Source of the DNA: an uncultured Oscillospiraceae bacterium
GTDB taxonomy: Bacteria > Bacillota > Clostridia > Saccharofermentanales > UBA5734
Length of the DNA stretch: 64,000 nt
Assembly (NCBI GenBank): GCA_963827665.1
Contig: CAWHBQ010000003.1
Location: 90,405-154,404, forward strand
Direction: 5' to 3'
In this document: piece by piece, positions 18,475-28,819 of the stretch
Layout of the letters: the number at the start of each line of letters is the position of its first letter
How positions within the stretch are numbered: the first letter of the stretch is position 1
Notes under the pieces: generated by a model
Databases searched by the model: none
Seen by the model: only the letters and a program-made list of their open reading frames with translations
What the model was told of the DNA's origin: nothing
Position numbers and translations under genes: made by a program

Positions 18475-19830
18475 TTATTTGGGCAAATATGTGACATAAT
18501 ATGTGAGTTTTGTAACGCCATCAGTTGCTGTAACAACAATTGTCGAAATATTTGTTGGTGCTGTTCTAGTTGTTGCTGATGTAATAATATTTATAACAGC
18601 ATTTGGATGGGTTGGCGTTGCCAGAATATCTGGTAATGCTCCATTTGCGTTTTGAACATAATGATATTCATCTATTTTTGTTAATGTTCCAGTTTTAAGT
18701 TTAAGATTACTTAAAGTTGCATCTGAGCTATAAAAAGTGACATGGTAGACCGAAGTTGTTATGCCATCTTGAGCTGTAACAAAAATTGTTGCCACATTAT
18801 TTGATATTCTGTCAGTTGCTTGTTGGGTTACTATTGTGGCACCAGAACTATTTGTTGGAATCACAGATGGAGGTGTTCCGGTGTTACTAACGCTTTGTTT
18901 ATATTCATAGATTGATGGATTGAATGAAGGTGTTATTGCTGACCCATCAGAAAGTGTTAGGCTACTCAATAATGCATCAGTACTTGAACTGCCAGCATTG
19001 AAAGTAACTGTATAGGTTCTCGTATTTATTCTATTTGCAGCAGTTACAATAATCGTTGCAACGTTATCACCCGACCGGTCTGTCGCTTGATGGTATGAAA
19101 GGAATTGATCGGGATGATTTTTTGTCGCATCAACAGTTGGTGGTGTACCTGTTCCGGTCTGGATATAATTAGTTACATTTGGTTGAAACGCAGGGGTAAA
19201 GAAAGATCCATCCGAAAGAACCAAATTACTTAATGTTGTATCTGAGCTTAAGAGAGCGTTGACAACTGTTATTACAACCGAATCTGTATATCCGCCATCA
19301 ATAGTCGTAACGGTTATTGTTGCTGTGCCAGATGCTACAGCATATACAAGGCCATTAGCAACCGTTACGACACTTTCATTACTTGAATCCCAAGTAACAG
19401 ATCGATTAGAAGCGTCTGCGGGTTCGACGTCAATTGAAAAACGATAGGTCGCTCCAATATTAGGAAGCGTGTATGTATTGGGCAAGCCAGATATTCCTGT
19501 CACTGAAATTGAAGTCCCAGATATACCAGGTAAAAAATTGTTGAATTCTCCTTCAAAGATTCGGATACCACTAACAGAAAAGGGAGCCGCAACAGCACTT
19601 GAATCAATAAAATCCAAAGTCAAATTTGAGCCCGGGCCTTGTTCTTTAATTAGTGCTTCTATAGACTCCTGATTCTGAAAGCTAATAACACTCTGGTCTC
19701 CCGCTTTCGTGATATATCGATATCCAGAGGTAAAAACACCTAAAAAAGAGGCGATAAGGACTCCCAATATTGCAAGGCTTACAACAATCTCAATTAATGT
19801 CATACCTCTTGAACTGTATGTATTTTTCAT
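18475..19830 (-). CDS. Minor pilin (PilV-like) fused to an Ig-like domain and cadherin-like beta-sandwich repeats
   Basis: RG|MTLIEIVV; Big_2-like PADASNRSVTWDSSNESVVTV; three repeats of the type SDATLSNL...VTAxDG...Y. Start trimmed to ATG 19830. Confidence 0.85.
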   Translation of the reverse strand: MKNTYSSRGMTLIEIVVSLAILGVLIASFLGVFTSGYRYITKAGDQSVISFQNQESIEALIKEQGPGSNLTLDFIDSSAVAAPFSVSGIRIFEGEFNNFLPGISGTSISVTGISGLPNTYTLPNIGATYRFSIDVEPADASNRSVTWDSSNESVVTVANGLVYAVASGTATITVTTIDGGYTDSVVITVVNALLSSDTTLSNLVLSDGSFFTPAFQPNVTNYIQTGTGTPPTVDATKNHPDQFLSYHQATDRSGDNVATIIVTAANRINTRTYTVTFNAGSSSTDALLSSLTLSDGSAITPSFNPSIYEYKQSVSNTGTPPSVIPTNSSGATIVTQQATDRISNNVATIFVTAQDGITTSVYHVTFYSSDATLSNLKLKTGTLTKIDEYHYVQNANGALPDILATPTHPNAVINIITSATTRTAPTNISTIVVTATDGVTKLTYYVTYLPK

Positions 19831-19861
19831 TTTGGTAGCCTTCTTTCGGATAAAAAACGGC

Positions 19862-20929
19862 TCATTTGCTCCATTCATCGATTCGGTATGCCTCAATCTC
19901 ACCCAATGGAATTTCTGAACCTGGTGCCTGATATGTGATATCTGGGTTGCCATTTCCATAAAAATTATCTGCAATTATTGCCCCGACAACTGTAGCACCT
20001 GCCATATCGACTACACTTGCTCCTGGGCCATAAACGTAACCTTTAAATGACATACCGGCTTGAAATGTAAGTGAGCTGTTATCAGCCAGATGGATAACAA
20101 TTAAATCAGGATTATCATCATTAATTAAAGTCGGCGTTTGGAAATTTGCTGAGTTCTTGACATACAGCGAAAGGGAATTACCACCTGTTATTTGAAGATC
20201 ACCTTTCACATAAATATCATCGACGACAATTTCCATGTCACCATCAGACGTGTCAAATTCCAGAATATCGGCGTTACTATTAATATCAGGATAATAGCCG
20301 CTTTGATCAATTTTGACCAATGCTGTTGAAGGATTTGCATATATATCGGCATACTCTGTCAAGGTTGGAAATGGGTCCTGAACAAAGGTCAATTCCGCAT
20401 ATTCCAGATCGCCAGCTTCATATCCATTGCGAATAACAGTCCCATCAGACGTAATTGTTCCGTTAGATGCTACTGGTCCATTTACCAAATTCATGCCAGT
20501 AATATCCAAATTCGAATCTGTAAAAATCGCATACTTGAAAATATCCTGGGCTGTCATATAATGAAGTTTCAATTTGACTATACGGATGTCGTTTGTCAAT
20601 GTGGTTCCTGTTGAAGTTAAAACCACATCGTTATCAACTTCTTTTAAAACATGAACCGAAACATTGCCGTCCAAATTATCAACAGCGTTATCTATATTAT
20701 AGGTAACATTATGCATTGCTGTTGTCGTCTTAGGGTGGAATAAAATCTGATAGGCAATCCCGGCAGCACCTGATCGCGCCAGATAATAGGCTTTTGAATG
20801 ACGCTCCTGTCCAATCGAAAAATTTGTTTCTGCTAGTCCTGTATTGAGAAACGCGACAAAGATGATCGACAAAACGAACATTACAATAATTACCAAAACT
20901 AGTGCTGATCCTTTTCTCTTTCGAATCAT
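19862..20929 (-). CDS. PilX-like minor pilin
   Basis: KG|SALVLV with no E5, and KAYYLARSG, characteristic of PilX/GspK-type pilins. Confidence 0.85.
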   Translation of the reverse strand: MIRKRKGSALVLVIIVMFVLSIIFVAFLNTGLAETNFSIGQERHSKAYYLARSGAAGIAYQILFHPKTTTAMHNVTYNIDNAVDNLDGNVSVHVLKEVDNDVVLTSTGTTLTNDIRIVKLKLHYMTAQDIFKYAIFTDSNLDITGMNLVNGPVASNGTITSDGTVIRNGYEAGDLEYAELTFVQDPFPTLTEYADIYANPSTALVKIDQSGYYPDINSNADILEFDTSDGDMEIVVDDIYVKGDLQITGGNSLSLYVKNSANFQTPTLINDDNPDLIVIHLADNSSLTFQAGMSFKGYVYGPGASVVDMAGATVVGAIIADNFYGNGNPDITYQAPGSEIPLGEIEAYRIDEWSK

Positions 20930-21117
20930 GTTAATCCCCCCTTCTCAAACAATGCAGTATTTAGTTGCATTCAATTTATTTAAACTGTTTGTTACAGATG
21001 TTTTCAAATTATTTTACGAATGTGTCATTATCTAAACATTCAGGGATGCTCTGCATATCTCGAAGAGATTCATCTGGATATATTATAATCCTGTTTTCAT
21101 CAATAATCATTTTGTGA

Positions 21118-21155
21118 GGGTGTATGGATGTGTTTAAATCCACATCCATACACCC
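21118..21155 (-). terminator. Stem-loop downstream of the major pilin (terminator or mRNA stabiliser)
   Basis: GGGTGTATGGATGTG/CACATCCATACACCC 15-bp perfect stem; poor U-tract. Confidence 0.7.
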
Positions 21156-21215
21156 GATTGGATATCATCTAAATACGATTCTTATCAAATAGAAGGTAAT
21201 ATTTAAATAAAACAC

Positions 21216-21608
21216 TTATGAGATTGCACTATAGTTAAAGGCTGCACCATGATCACCTGGAACTGCAATGCTTGCTACTGCGGCATATGGTTGAGTCCAA
21301 GAATAAACCGCACCTGAAGGGCTTCCATTCATTGATGCAAGAGTTATTCCGAGAACGCCTTCAATTTGTGCTGTCGTTACAGCAGAAATGGCAATATTAT
21401 TTTTTGCCGCTGCAACCTCTGCCCCTTTTTGAATATTGACAAGATTTGCAATCGCAGCCTTGTCATTTGCATCTGCTCTCAAGTTCAAGAACGAAGGAAT
21501 TGCGATTGCAGCCAGAATCGCAATGATCGCTACAACAACGATCAATTCGATCAAGGTGAAGCCTTTGCGGTTACGAAGTGAAGGGTTTTGAAGTGTTGAT
21601 TGTTTCAT
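21216..21608 (-). CDS. pilA: Major type IV pilin
   Basis: KG|FTLIELIVVVAIIAILAAIAIP; 130 aa; strong AGGAGG RBS; downstream hairpin. Confidence 0.9.
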   Translation of the reverse strand: MKQSTLQNPSLRNRKGFTLIELIVVVAIIAILAAIAIPSFLNLRADANDKAAIANLVNIQKGAEVAAAKNNIAISAVTTAQIEGVLGITLASMNGSPSGAVYSWTQPYAAVASIAVPGDHGAAFNYSAIS

Positions 21609-21780
21609 TTTGAATCCTCCTAAAATATTTGGTGTTTTGATAGACAGGTCTCAGGATGCTACTTTTCCGCTATTCAGATCGTTGGTATTAATAATAATAT
21701 TCATGATCTTTGCGGATGGCGAATAGTGTAAAAAACGTTTTTGCCAATCACCTCTTTCGCTTTTTAACCTGTTGTAATTT

Positions 21781-22989
21781 TTATAAAACAGTTTCGAACA
21801 TCTGAAACATCGGGCTGTATATTGCAATTACCACTGAACCAATAATTACAGCCATCAGAACGATTAACAGAGGTTCAAGTAATGTTGTCATTTTTTGAAT
21901 TGACATCTCGACTTCTTCGTCATAGAAATCAGCTGTTCGGCGCAGAACATCGTCTAGTGATCCTGATTCTTCACCAATGCGGATCATACTATCAACCATT
22001 GGTGGGAAGAGCTGTGTTCGCTTGATTGGTCCAGCCAAATCATATCCTTTGCGAACGTCTTCACGGACTGATAAAATCGCTTTTTCAACAACTTTATTGC
22101 CAACAACACGAGAAGTAATCTCCATTCCGTTAAGAAGTGGAATGCCACTGATAAGTAAAGTCGAAAGTGTTCGAGTAAATCGAGCTGTGGCGATTCTTAT
22201 TAAAACATTTTTAAAAATTGGCAATTGCAATTTTAGTGAATCAATGAAATATGAACCACCCTCTGTTTTACTCAACCGACGAATAAAAACTAAAATCAAG
22301 AGTATCCCACCCAAAACTATGTACCAATAATTTACAAGGAAATCACTGATCACCAACAAGATTCTGGTGAATATTGGTAGTTCAACCCCGCTGGATGTAA
22401 ACATTGTGACTATTGTTGGCAAAACAAATGTTAAAAGAATTATTACAACCACAACAGTTACAGTTAACAAGATTATTGGGTAGAGAAACGCACCCGTTAT
22501 CTTACGACGCAAGCGGGTATCTTTCTCAAAGTGATCGGCCATTCGACCTAATATCGAATCAAGGTTGCCGCTCGCCTCTCCAGCTTCGATCATATTGATC
22601 AACAATTCCGGAAACACCTTGCGATATTGACGCATCGCGTCTGACAGGCTTGCACCTTTCTGGACCAATTCATAGATTTCTCCGATTATCACACGGAGTT
22701 TCTTGTTATCGAACTGTTGCTGTAATATGTCCAGGCACTGGATTATACTGATTCCTGAATTTAGCATCGTATGGAACTGCCGGCAGAAAACCGCAATGTC
22801 CTTTACTTTAATTTGATTTGCAAAAGCCATTATATCGACATCTTGCTTTTCAAGTTTCTGCTCGATTGCAATCGGATGATATTCCTTCTGCCTAAGCATT
22901 ACAAGTACATCGGATCGATCTTTTGCAACTAGAACGCCACTGATCGGTTCACCTGAAGTGCCAATTGCCCGATAATTAAACGTTGCCAT
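21781..22989 (-). CDS. pilC: Type IV pilus platform protein PilC (T2SSF family)
   Basis: FCRQFHTML, GEASGNLD, YPII, GEESGSLD, LEPLL. Confidence 0.95.
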   Translation of the reverse strand: MATFNYRAIGTSGEPISGVLVAKDRSDVLVMLRQKEYHPIAIEQKLEKQDVDIMAFANQIKVKDIAVFCRQFHTMLNSGISIIQCLDILQQQFDNKKLRVIIGEIYELVQKGASLSDAMRQYRKVFPELLINMIEAGEASGNLDSILGRMADHFEKDTRLRRKITGAFLYPIILLTVTVVVVIILLTFVLPTIVTMFTSSGVELPIFTRILLVISDFLVNYWYIVLGGILLILVFIRRLSKTEGGSYFIDSLKLQLPIFKNVLIRIATARFTRTLSTLLISGIPLLNGMEITSRVVGNKVVEKAILSVREDVRKGYDLAGPIKRTQLFPPMVDSMIRIGEESGSLDDVLRRTADFYDEEVEMSIQKMTTLLEPLLIVLMAVIIGSVVIAIYSPMFQMFETVL

Positions 22990-23047
22990 GTTTAAGATCA
23001 CTCCTTAAATCTCAAGAATCCAAATTTCTCAAATGCGATTGACCAGA

Positions 23048-24103
23048 TTAAACGGATAAGAACTTTTGCAATAGTGACTTATCAATCGCTACACGATATG
23101 CTTCGTCAGCAGTAATCGTATTTGTTTTAACCATCTCAGCCAAAGCTTGGTCGAGTGATTTCATGCCACTTCGGGATCCAGTCTGGATGCTTGAAGCAAT
23201 TTGGTTGGTTTTATCGTCACGTATTAAATTTCGAACAGCCGGGTTAACGACGAGTATCTCTTGAACAGCGTTCATATATTGACCATCAGGTGTCGGTAAA
23301 AGCAATTGAGAAATAACGCCTTCGAGTACACTGGCAAGTTGAATACGTATCTGTTGCTGTTGATGGGCTGGGAAAACATCAACAATACGTTCGATGGTCG
23401 CTTCAGCGCCGGTAGTATGCAACGTAGACATGACAAGATGACCCGTTTCAGCTGCGGTGATCGCTGTTGAAATTGTCTCAAGATCACGCATTTCGCCGAC
23501 CAGGATAACATCCGGGTCTTCACGTAGAGCGGCACGCAATCCAGAGGCGAATGAACCGGTATCTGTTCCAATTTCTCGTTGATTGATCATACTATTGCCG
23601 TGTTTATGTAAATACTCGATCGGTTCTTCAAGGGTAATCACATGACAATTACGCACAGTATTAATGTAATTGACCATCGCCGCTAATGTCGTTGTCTTAC
23701 CACTGCCCGTTGGACCAGTAACTAGGATCAGGCCTCGGCTCTTTGATGCCAAAGTCTTGAGGACTTCAGGAAATCCAAGATCCTCGAGCGTTGGGACCTT
23801 GAGCGTGATGACACGGAAGGCCACACCGTAACTACCGCGTTGTTTGTATGCATTAACACGAAAACGGCTTAGTCCCGGTACGACATATGAAAAGTCGAGC
23901 TCACCAGCTTCTTCAAAGCGAGCAAATTGCTCATCGGTAAGAATGCTGCGTACAATTTCTTCTGTGTCAGCTGGTGTCAGTGGTTGGTCATTAAATGGAC
24001 GGAGAACTGTATTGGTACGAATCATCGGCGGAAGACCGACAGTGATGTGCAAATCTGAACTAGTGGACTGAACTGTCTTGGTTAATGCATCGATAAGAAT
24101 CAT
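23048..24103 (-). CDS. pilT: Twitching motility retraction ATPase
   Basis: SDLHI, GPTGSGKTTT, REDPDVILVGEMRD, STLHT, AVRNLIR. Confidence 0.96.
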   Translation of the reverse strand: MILIDALTKTVQSTSSDLHITVGLPPMIRTNTVLRPFNDQPLTPADTEEIVRSILTDEQFARFEEAGELDFSYVVPGLSRFRVNAYKQRGSYGVAFRVITLKVPTLEDLGFPEVLKTLASKSRGLILVTGPTGSGKTTTLAAMVNYINTVRNCHVITLEEPIEYLHKHGNSMINQREIGTDTGSFASGLRAALREDPDVILVGEMRDLETISTAITAAETGHLVMSTLHTTGAEATIERIVDVFPAHQQQQIRIQLASVLEGVISQLLLPTPDGQYMNAVQEILVVNPAVRNLIRDDKTNQIASSIQTGSRSGMKSLDQALAEMVKTNTITADEAYRVAIDKSLLQKFLSV

Positions 24104-24182
24104 TTTGACTACCCTCCTGGTTTGAACTGCAGAGACATCTGTCGATTCTGATTAATATCTGCCGTTTATAGTTACTTGAGCA

Positions 24183-25865
24183 TTATTCAACACTGTAAGT
24201 AACTTTCAGCAATTCTTCAGTTGTTGTAATGCCTTTGAGTACCAGTGCTGTACTGTTCTCTCGCAAAGTTGTTGTGCCTTGGCGGATTGCAACACTTCGT
24301 ACATGGTCAATGCTGGCCTTTTTATCGATCAGTTCACGGATCTGGCTATTTACTGGCATGATCTCATGAATGGCGACACGTCCGCGGTAACCTGTATGAT
24401 TGCAGGAACTGCAGCCCGCACCACGGAAAATTTGAACGGGTTCGCGGATTTTGAGAATTTCCATCTCAGTGCGGTCTGGTATATACCCAGTTTTACAATT
24501 GCTGCAAATCCGTCGCATCAGTCGCTGGGCCGTGATTCCGACAACAGAAGATGAAACGAGGTAAGGTTCGATACCCATATCAATTAATCGGGACAATGTT
24601 GAGGCAGTATCATTGGTGTGAACGGTCGCCAGAACGAGATGACCGGTGATAGCTGCACGGACCGCGATTTGGGCGGTTTCAGCATCACGGATTTCGCCGA
24701 TCATAATGATATCGGGGTCCTGGCGCAAAATCGAGCGTAGACCGTTGGCAAATGTCAAACCGGTTTTGACATTGACCTGAACCTGGCTGATACCCTCAAG
24801 ATGGTACTCGACCGGATCCTCAACGGTGATAATGTTACGGTTGACCTTGTTCAGTTCGCGAAGGACCGCATAGAGGGTTGTTGTCTTGCCGCTGCCGGTC
24901 GGACCTGTGACCAGAACGATACCATTGCTGCTGCGGATGATGCGGTTGAACAAGACAACATTATCCTCTGAAAAGCCGAGTTGAGACTTTGACATCAGCA
25001 TGTCATTGCGGCCAAGGATACGCATGACGACTTTCTCGCCATAGACAGTCGGCAGAATGGAAATGCGCAAGTCGATATCGTGGCCTTCAACAGTCATCTC
25101 GATTCGTCCGTCCTGTGGTAGCCGCTTTTCAGCGATATCCAGTTTAGACATAATCTTGATGCGTGTGATCACGGCTGGGTGGGCTGCTTTTGAGGATTTC
25201 ATGATCTCCTGCAGCTCACCATCAACGCGAAATCGGATGCGCATAGTCGTTTCGAATGGTTCGATATGGATGTCACTGGCACGGGCGCGTACTGCATGCT
25301 GGATGACAGAATTGACAAGACGGACGACTGGGGCGTTATTGATTTCACTGATTTGATCGGCATCTTGCTCTGTGATCTGCTCGAAATTGAAATCTTTGCT
25401 GATATCATCGACTGCTTTTTCTGCGCCTTCACGGCTGTAATAGCGGTCGATCATGCTGATGATTTCGCTCTGGAGCGCGATGACCGGTTTGACTGCCATT
25501 CCCGTAAACAGACGGACATCATCAATAGCCTGGATATTGAGTGGATCACTCATAGCCAGGATGAGCTGGTTATTCTCACGGTTGATCGGAAGGATGTTAT
25601 GGCGCCGTGCCATGGTCTCATTAATTAATAGCGGTGCATCCTTATCGATTTCATATAGGCCGAGGTCGACCAGTGGGACCTGGAGCTGAAATTCGAGGAC
25701 TTCGAGGATCTTCCGTTCGGTGATGACGCCCATCTCAAGCAGAACTTCACCCAGCTTTTTACCAGATGATTTCTGGAGCGTCAAAGCATCATTCAGCTGG
25801 TCAGTGGTGATCAGCTGAGCCTCGACAAGTAACTCGCCCAGGGACTTCCGCTCGTTCGTCAACAT
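24183..25865 (-). CDS. pilB: Type IV pilus assembly ATPase with an N-terminal MshEN-like domain
   Basis: ASDIHIEP, RLPQDGR, GPTGSGKTTT, LRQDPD, tetracysteine Zn motif. Confidence 0.96.
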   Translation of the reverse strand: MLTNERKSLGELLVEAQLITTDQLNDALTLQKSSGKKLGEVLLEMGVITERKILEVLEFQLQVPLVDLGLYEIDKDAPLLINETMARRHNILPINRENNQLILAMSDPLNIQAIDDVRLFTGMAVKPVIALQSEIISMIDRYYSREGAEKAVDDISKDFNFEQITEQDADQISEINNAPVVRLVNSVIQHAVRARASDIHIEPFETTMRIRFRVDGELQEIMKSSKAAHPAVITRIKIMSKLDIAEKRLPQDGRIEMTVEGHDIDLRISILPTVYGEKVVMRILGRNDMLMSKSQLGFSEDNVVLFNRIIRSSNGIVLVTGPTGSGKTTTLYAVLRELNKVNRNIITVEDPVEYHLEGISQVQVNVKTGLTFANGLRSILRQDPDIIMIGEIRDAETAQIAVRAAITGHLVLATVHTNDTASTLSRLIDMGIEPYLVSSSVVGITAQRLMRRICSNCKTGYIPDRTEMEILKIREPVQIFRGAGCSSCNHTGYRGRVAIHEIMPVNSQIRELIDKKASIDHVRSVAIRQGTTTLRENSTALVLKGITTTEELLKVTYSVE

Positions 25866-26203
25866 TGTCTATATCCTCTCGCAGGTTCTTATCGAAATAA
25901 TGCCGAATCATTAGCCAAATTAGCTTATTACCGGCAATATTTTACTTCGATTCCACCTGTCAGTTGTCAAATAATATGTATATTTGTGATAAATTTGTAA
26001 ACGATCTTGTTATTCTTTATAGCACACTTGAATCAGTGGTTCAAATTAATTTTCCCTAAAAATATATTACAATTTACATTTCTAGCTATATTATGTAGCT
26101 TTTTCAAGGTATGTAAGCATATTTTGACTGACAAAGCTTGAAGCAAGTCAATTTATTCATTATTTATTATATTTTATCTGTTGACGCGCGTTTAAAAAAT
26201 CGT

Positions 26204-27494
26204 TCAGACCGGATAAAACGCGTCCAAGTCCGCCCGCTGCTGATCGTCAAGTTTGTGAATCCTGGCAAGCGAAGGCAATTCGAGGATTGACCGGGCGGTG
26301 AACTCGGCTACTTCGAGACGATCGAAAGCTTTGAAGATATCACTGCCGGTGACGATAATGCCGTCGTTTTCCAGCATGATGGCTGGTGTCTTTGCACTGA
26401 ATAGAGCAGCTGTTTTTTGCGGTTCCGTATAATTGAACCCATAGGTTGCGCGTGGAATATCATGAAGTAGCACGTAGGGTTCGGGAAGTGAACCGACGTC
26501 GATCAACTGATCGGTCAGTGTGAAAGCCATGATGTGCGGCGGTTGGGCATTGATGATCGCCTGGACGGTTCGGATTGCGGTGATAGATCATCTCATGGAT
26601 GAAAACTGCACGACTGGGTGTTTTACCGCTTTCTTTCAAGCCGCGGCGGACAAGGACAAGGTCTTCCGGCTCAATTTCACGGCGGTCGCGGCCAAAAGGC
26701 GAAATCAGGTATGATCCGTCAGACATCCGGGCGGAAATCGTCCCCTGGCTGGCTGAGAACAGATTCTGGTCGACTGCACGCTGCAGCATGCGGGTCATGT
26801 CTCTACGCAGGCCGAGCTCCTCAGGCGTACGCGCCCGTGGTGTCAATTCTGACATCCGGGTGTGTTCCTTGGTCCGTGCAATGTCAATTTCATCTTCAGT
26901 CAAGACCCTTGGTTTACCGAGCCTTCGAGCCATCAGTTCGATCCGGGCGGAGATTTCAAGGGTCTCAAAAATCGCATAGGCTCTCTGCATCGATTCAGCA
27001 GCAACGACAATTCCGTGATTTTCCATCAGGACAGCGTTGACGCCTTTCTTGAAGGCCTCGGCCAGGACGGCGCCCAACTCGCTGCTGCCCATGCGCGCAT
27101 AGGGCGCCATGCTGATATTGCCGCACGAAATTCGGGTCACCGGCATCAGATGGACCTCCGGTAATTCCCGCATCATCGCGAAAGCGATCAAGGCGGGGGA
27201 ATGCGCATGCAGGACAGCACGGATATTGGACCTTGATTTGTAAATGGCCTGATGAAAGGGTAATTCTGTTGATGGCAAGACGTGTTTAGTAACCGGACCA
27301 TCTGCTGCAACCTGAACCATGTCATTCCGATTCAGGATCCCTTTGTCGAGTCCTGTCGGGGTGATCCAGACATGGCCATTCGAATCGAGAATTGACAAAT
27401 TGCCACCCGAGGATGTCGTCAATCCGTTATTATAAATGCGGGTCATGAAAGTGGCCAATTGGTCTGCCGGGTGCATGATTTCCAAACGTATCAT
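26204..27494 (-). CDS. Class II aldolase/adducin family protein with two tandem domains and one frameshift near 26570
   Basis: SSGGNLS, PSTELPFH, HAHSP, MENHG. Removing one base joins HRNP to TVQAIINAQPPHIMAF in the 26204..26530 frame. Confidence 0.85.
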
Positions 27495-27686
27495 CTTAAA
27501 CCCCCGTCCGAACAGTATCTGCCTGGTTAATACTATAAACAGCATATCATAACTTATGAAAGCTTCGAAAGACGGAATATTATAAGAATCGAAAAGATAG
27601 GCATAATGACAAGCGTCAGAGCAAGTTGCTCTGCGTTTCGCGGAAGATAGTTTATTGCAAACCATTTCTGAAACTCGTTAGCAACG

Positions 27687-27733
27687 AAAAAGACTGTCTC
27701 GCAGTTGAATTTTAATCACCTATGAGGCAGTCT
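27687..27733 (-). terminator. Probable intrinsic terminator of the secreted-protein gene
   Basis: AGACTGTCTC/GAGGCAGTCT stem with an A-tract on the left. Confidence 0.6.
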
Positions 27734-27764
27734 CATTTACAAATTATTTTTCAATCTACAAATT

Positions 27765-28730
27765 TTAATAACCACTTACAACAACATCGTCTATCCACCA
27801 ACCACCTAAATATCCGCAAAAACCGTAAGCCAAGAATCTGATTTGAAATACTTTTCCTCTTACATTAAAGCCGTCCAAGTCAATCACTTCTGATTTTGCG
27901 TCAATATTTGCCGTTATTACGCCGAAATTTTGAATCGTTGTCCAACTTGTACCATTATCCGTTGATACTTCAACTGCTAAATGGTATGGATGCATTAAAT
28001 CATAAATTACGACATGCATATGTCTGAAAGATAGACTGATATGGGTCGTAGCATTCGAAGCATCAATGCTACATGTTGTCATGCCATATTGAACATTTTG
28101 TTCAGTAACCGGCCAATATGAGATCAGCAATTCATAAGGTGTGCTACCACCTGCATTCATGGGCAAACCAGGGCCGCCAACCACATTGAAAAATGGTAAT
28201 GGGCCAACCGGCGGGGATGGAGTAGAGAATGGATTCCATCCTGTTGGCATAGCAGCACTTGAAAAATGTTCATCAAGCGGCTTCAAAAGCGTGGTTTTAT
28301 CTGTCAAATCTTGTGGTGTAATATTATTTGTTACTGGCGGAGGTTTTGTCATAGTACCTTTTGCATTAGTTAGCGATGTCGTTATTGTATAGGGTGTATT
28401 GAGATCTCCAACAGGGATTTGAAGATGAAAGGTTCCAGTATTTGATCTGATTTTTCTTGGTACACTTACTGTACAAATATATAAATCACTATCAGTCGTT
28501 GGCCCATATGTAATATATAAACCAGTCGCGCCAACATTCTCCCAACCAAATGCACATTCAATATAATACTCACCAACCGTTCCAAATTTACCTGCATCAT
28601 CAAAAACTAATCCAGTCGGCAATACATTAAGAGTTACGGCAGGTCTTGCGCTAACAAAGCTTAATGGATAGATTGCTAAAATTAGTGCAATGATCAAGGT
28701 GACGATAATTTTATAAGGATTTCTATTCAC
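27765..28730 (-). CDS. Low-GC secreted protein with a C-terminal jelly-roll (MAM/cleaved-adhesin-like) domain
   Basis: Signal peptide ending VSA; C-terminal VEVSTDNGTSWT...FQIRF...WWIDDVVV; AGGAGGG RBS before GTG. Confidence 0.7.
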   Translation of the reverse strand: MNRNPYKIIVTLIIALILAIYPLSFVSARPAVTLNVLPTGLVFDDAGKFGTVGEYYIECAFGWENVGATGLYITYGPTTDSDLYICTVSVPRKIRSNTGTFHLQIPVGDLNTPYTITTSLTNAKGTMTKPPPVTNNITPQDLTDKTTLLKPLDEHFSSAAMPTGWNPFSTPSPPVGPLPFFNVVGGPGLPMNAGGSTPYELLISYWPVTEQNVQYGMTTCSIDASNATTHISLSFRHMHVVIYDLMHPYHLAVEVSTDNGTSWTTIQNFGVITANIDAKSEVIDLDGFNVRGKVFQIRFLAYGFCGYLGGWWIDDVVVSGY

Positions 28731-28819
28731 TTTAATCCCTCCTTAATCGTTTCGTTTACCCAGATAATTTGTGATACAGATCTTAATGAACCACCTCCTA
28801 TTTAAATGCCAACTCCAAG

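Noticed and set aside
21609-21780. Possible c-di-GMP riboswitch upstream of pilA (GGCAAA and CGCAAAG words on minus)
   Set aside because: No GAAA tetraloop stem, no class II pseudoknot or AACCG end; only short chance complementarity.
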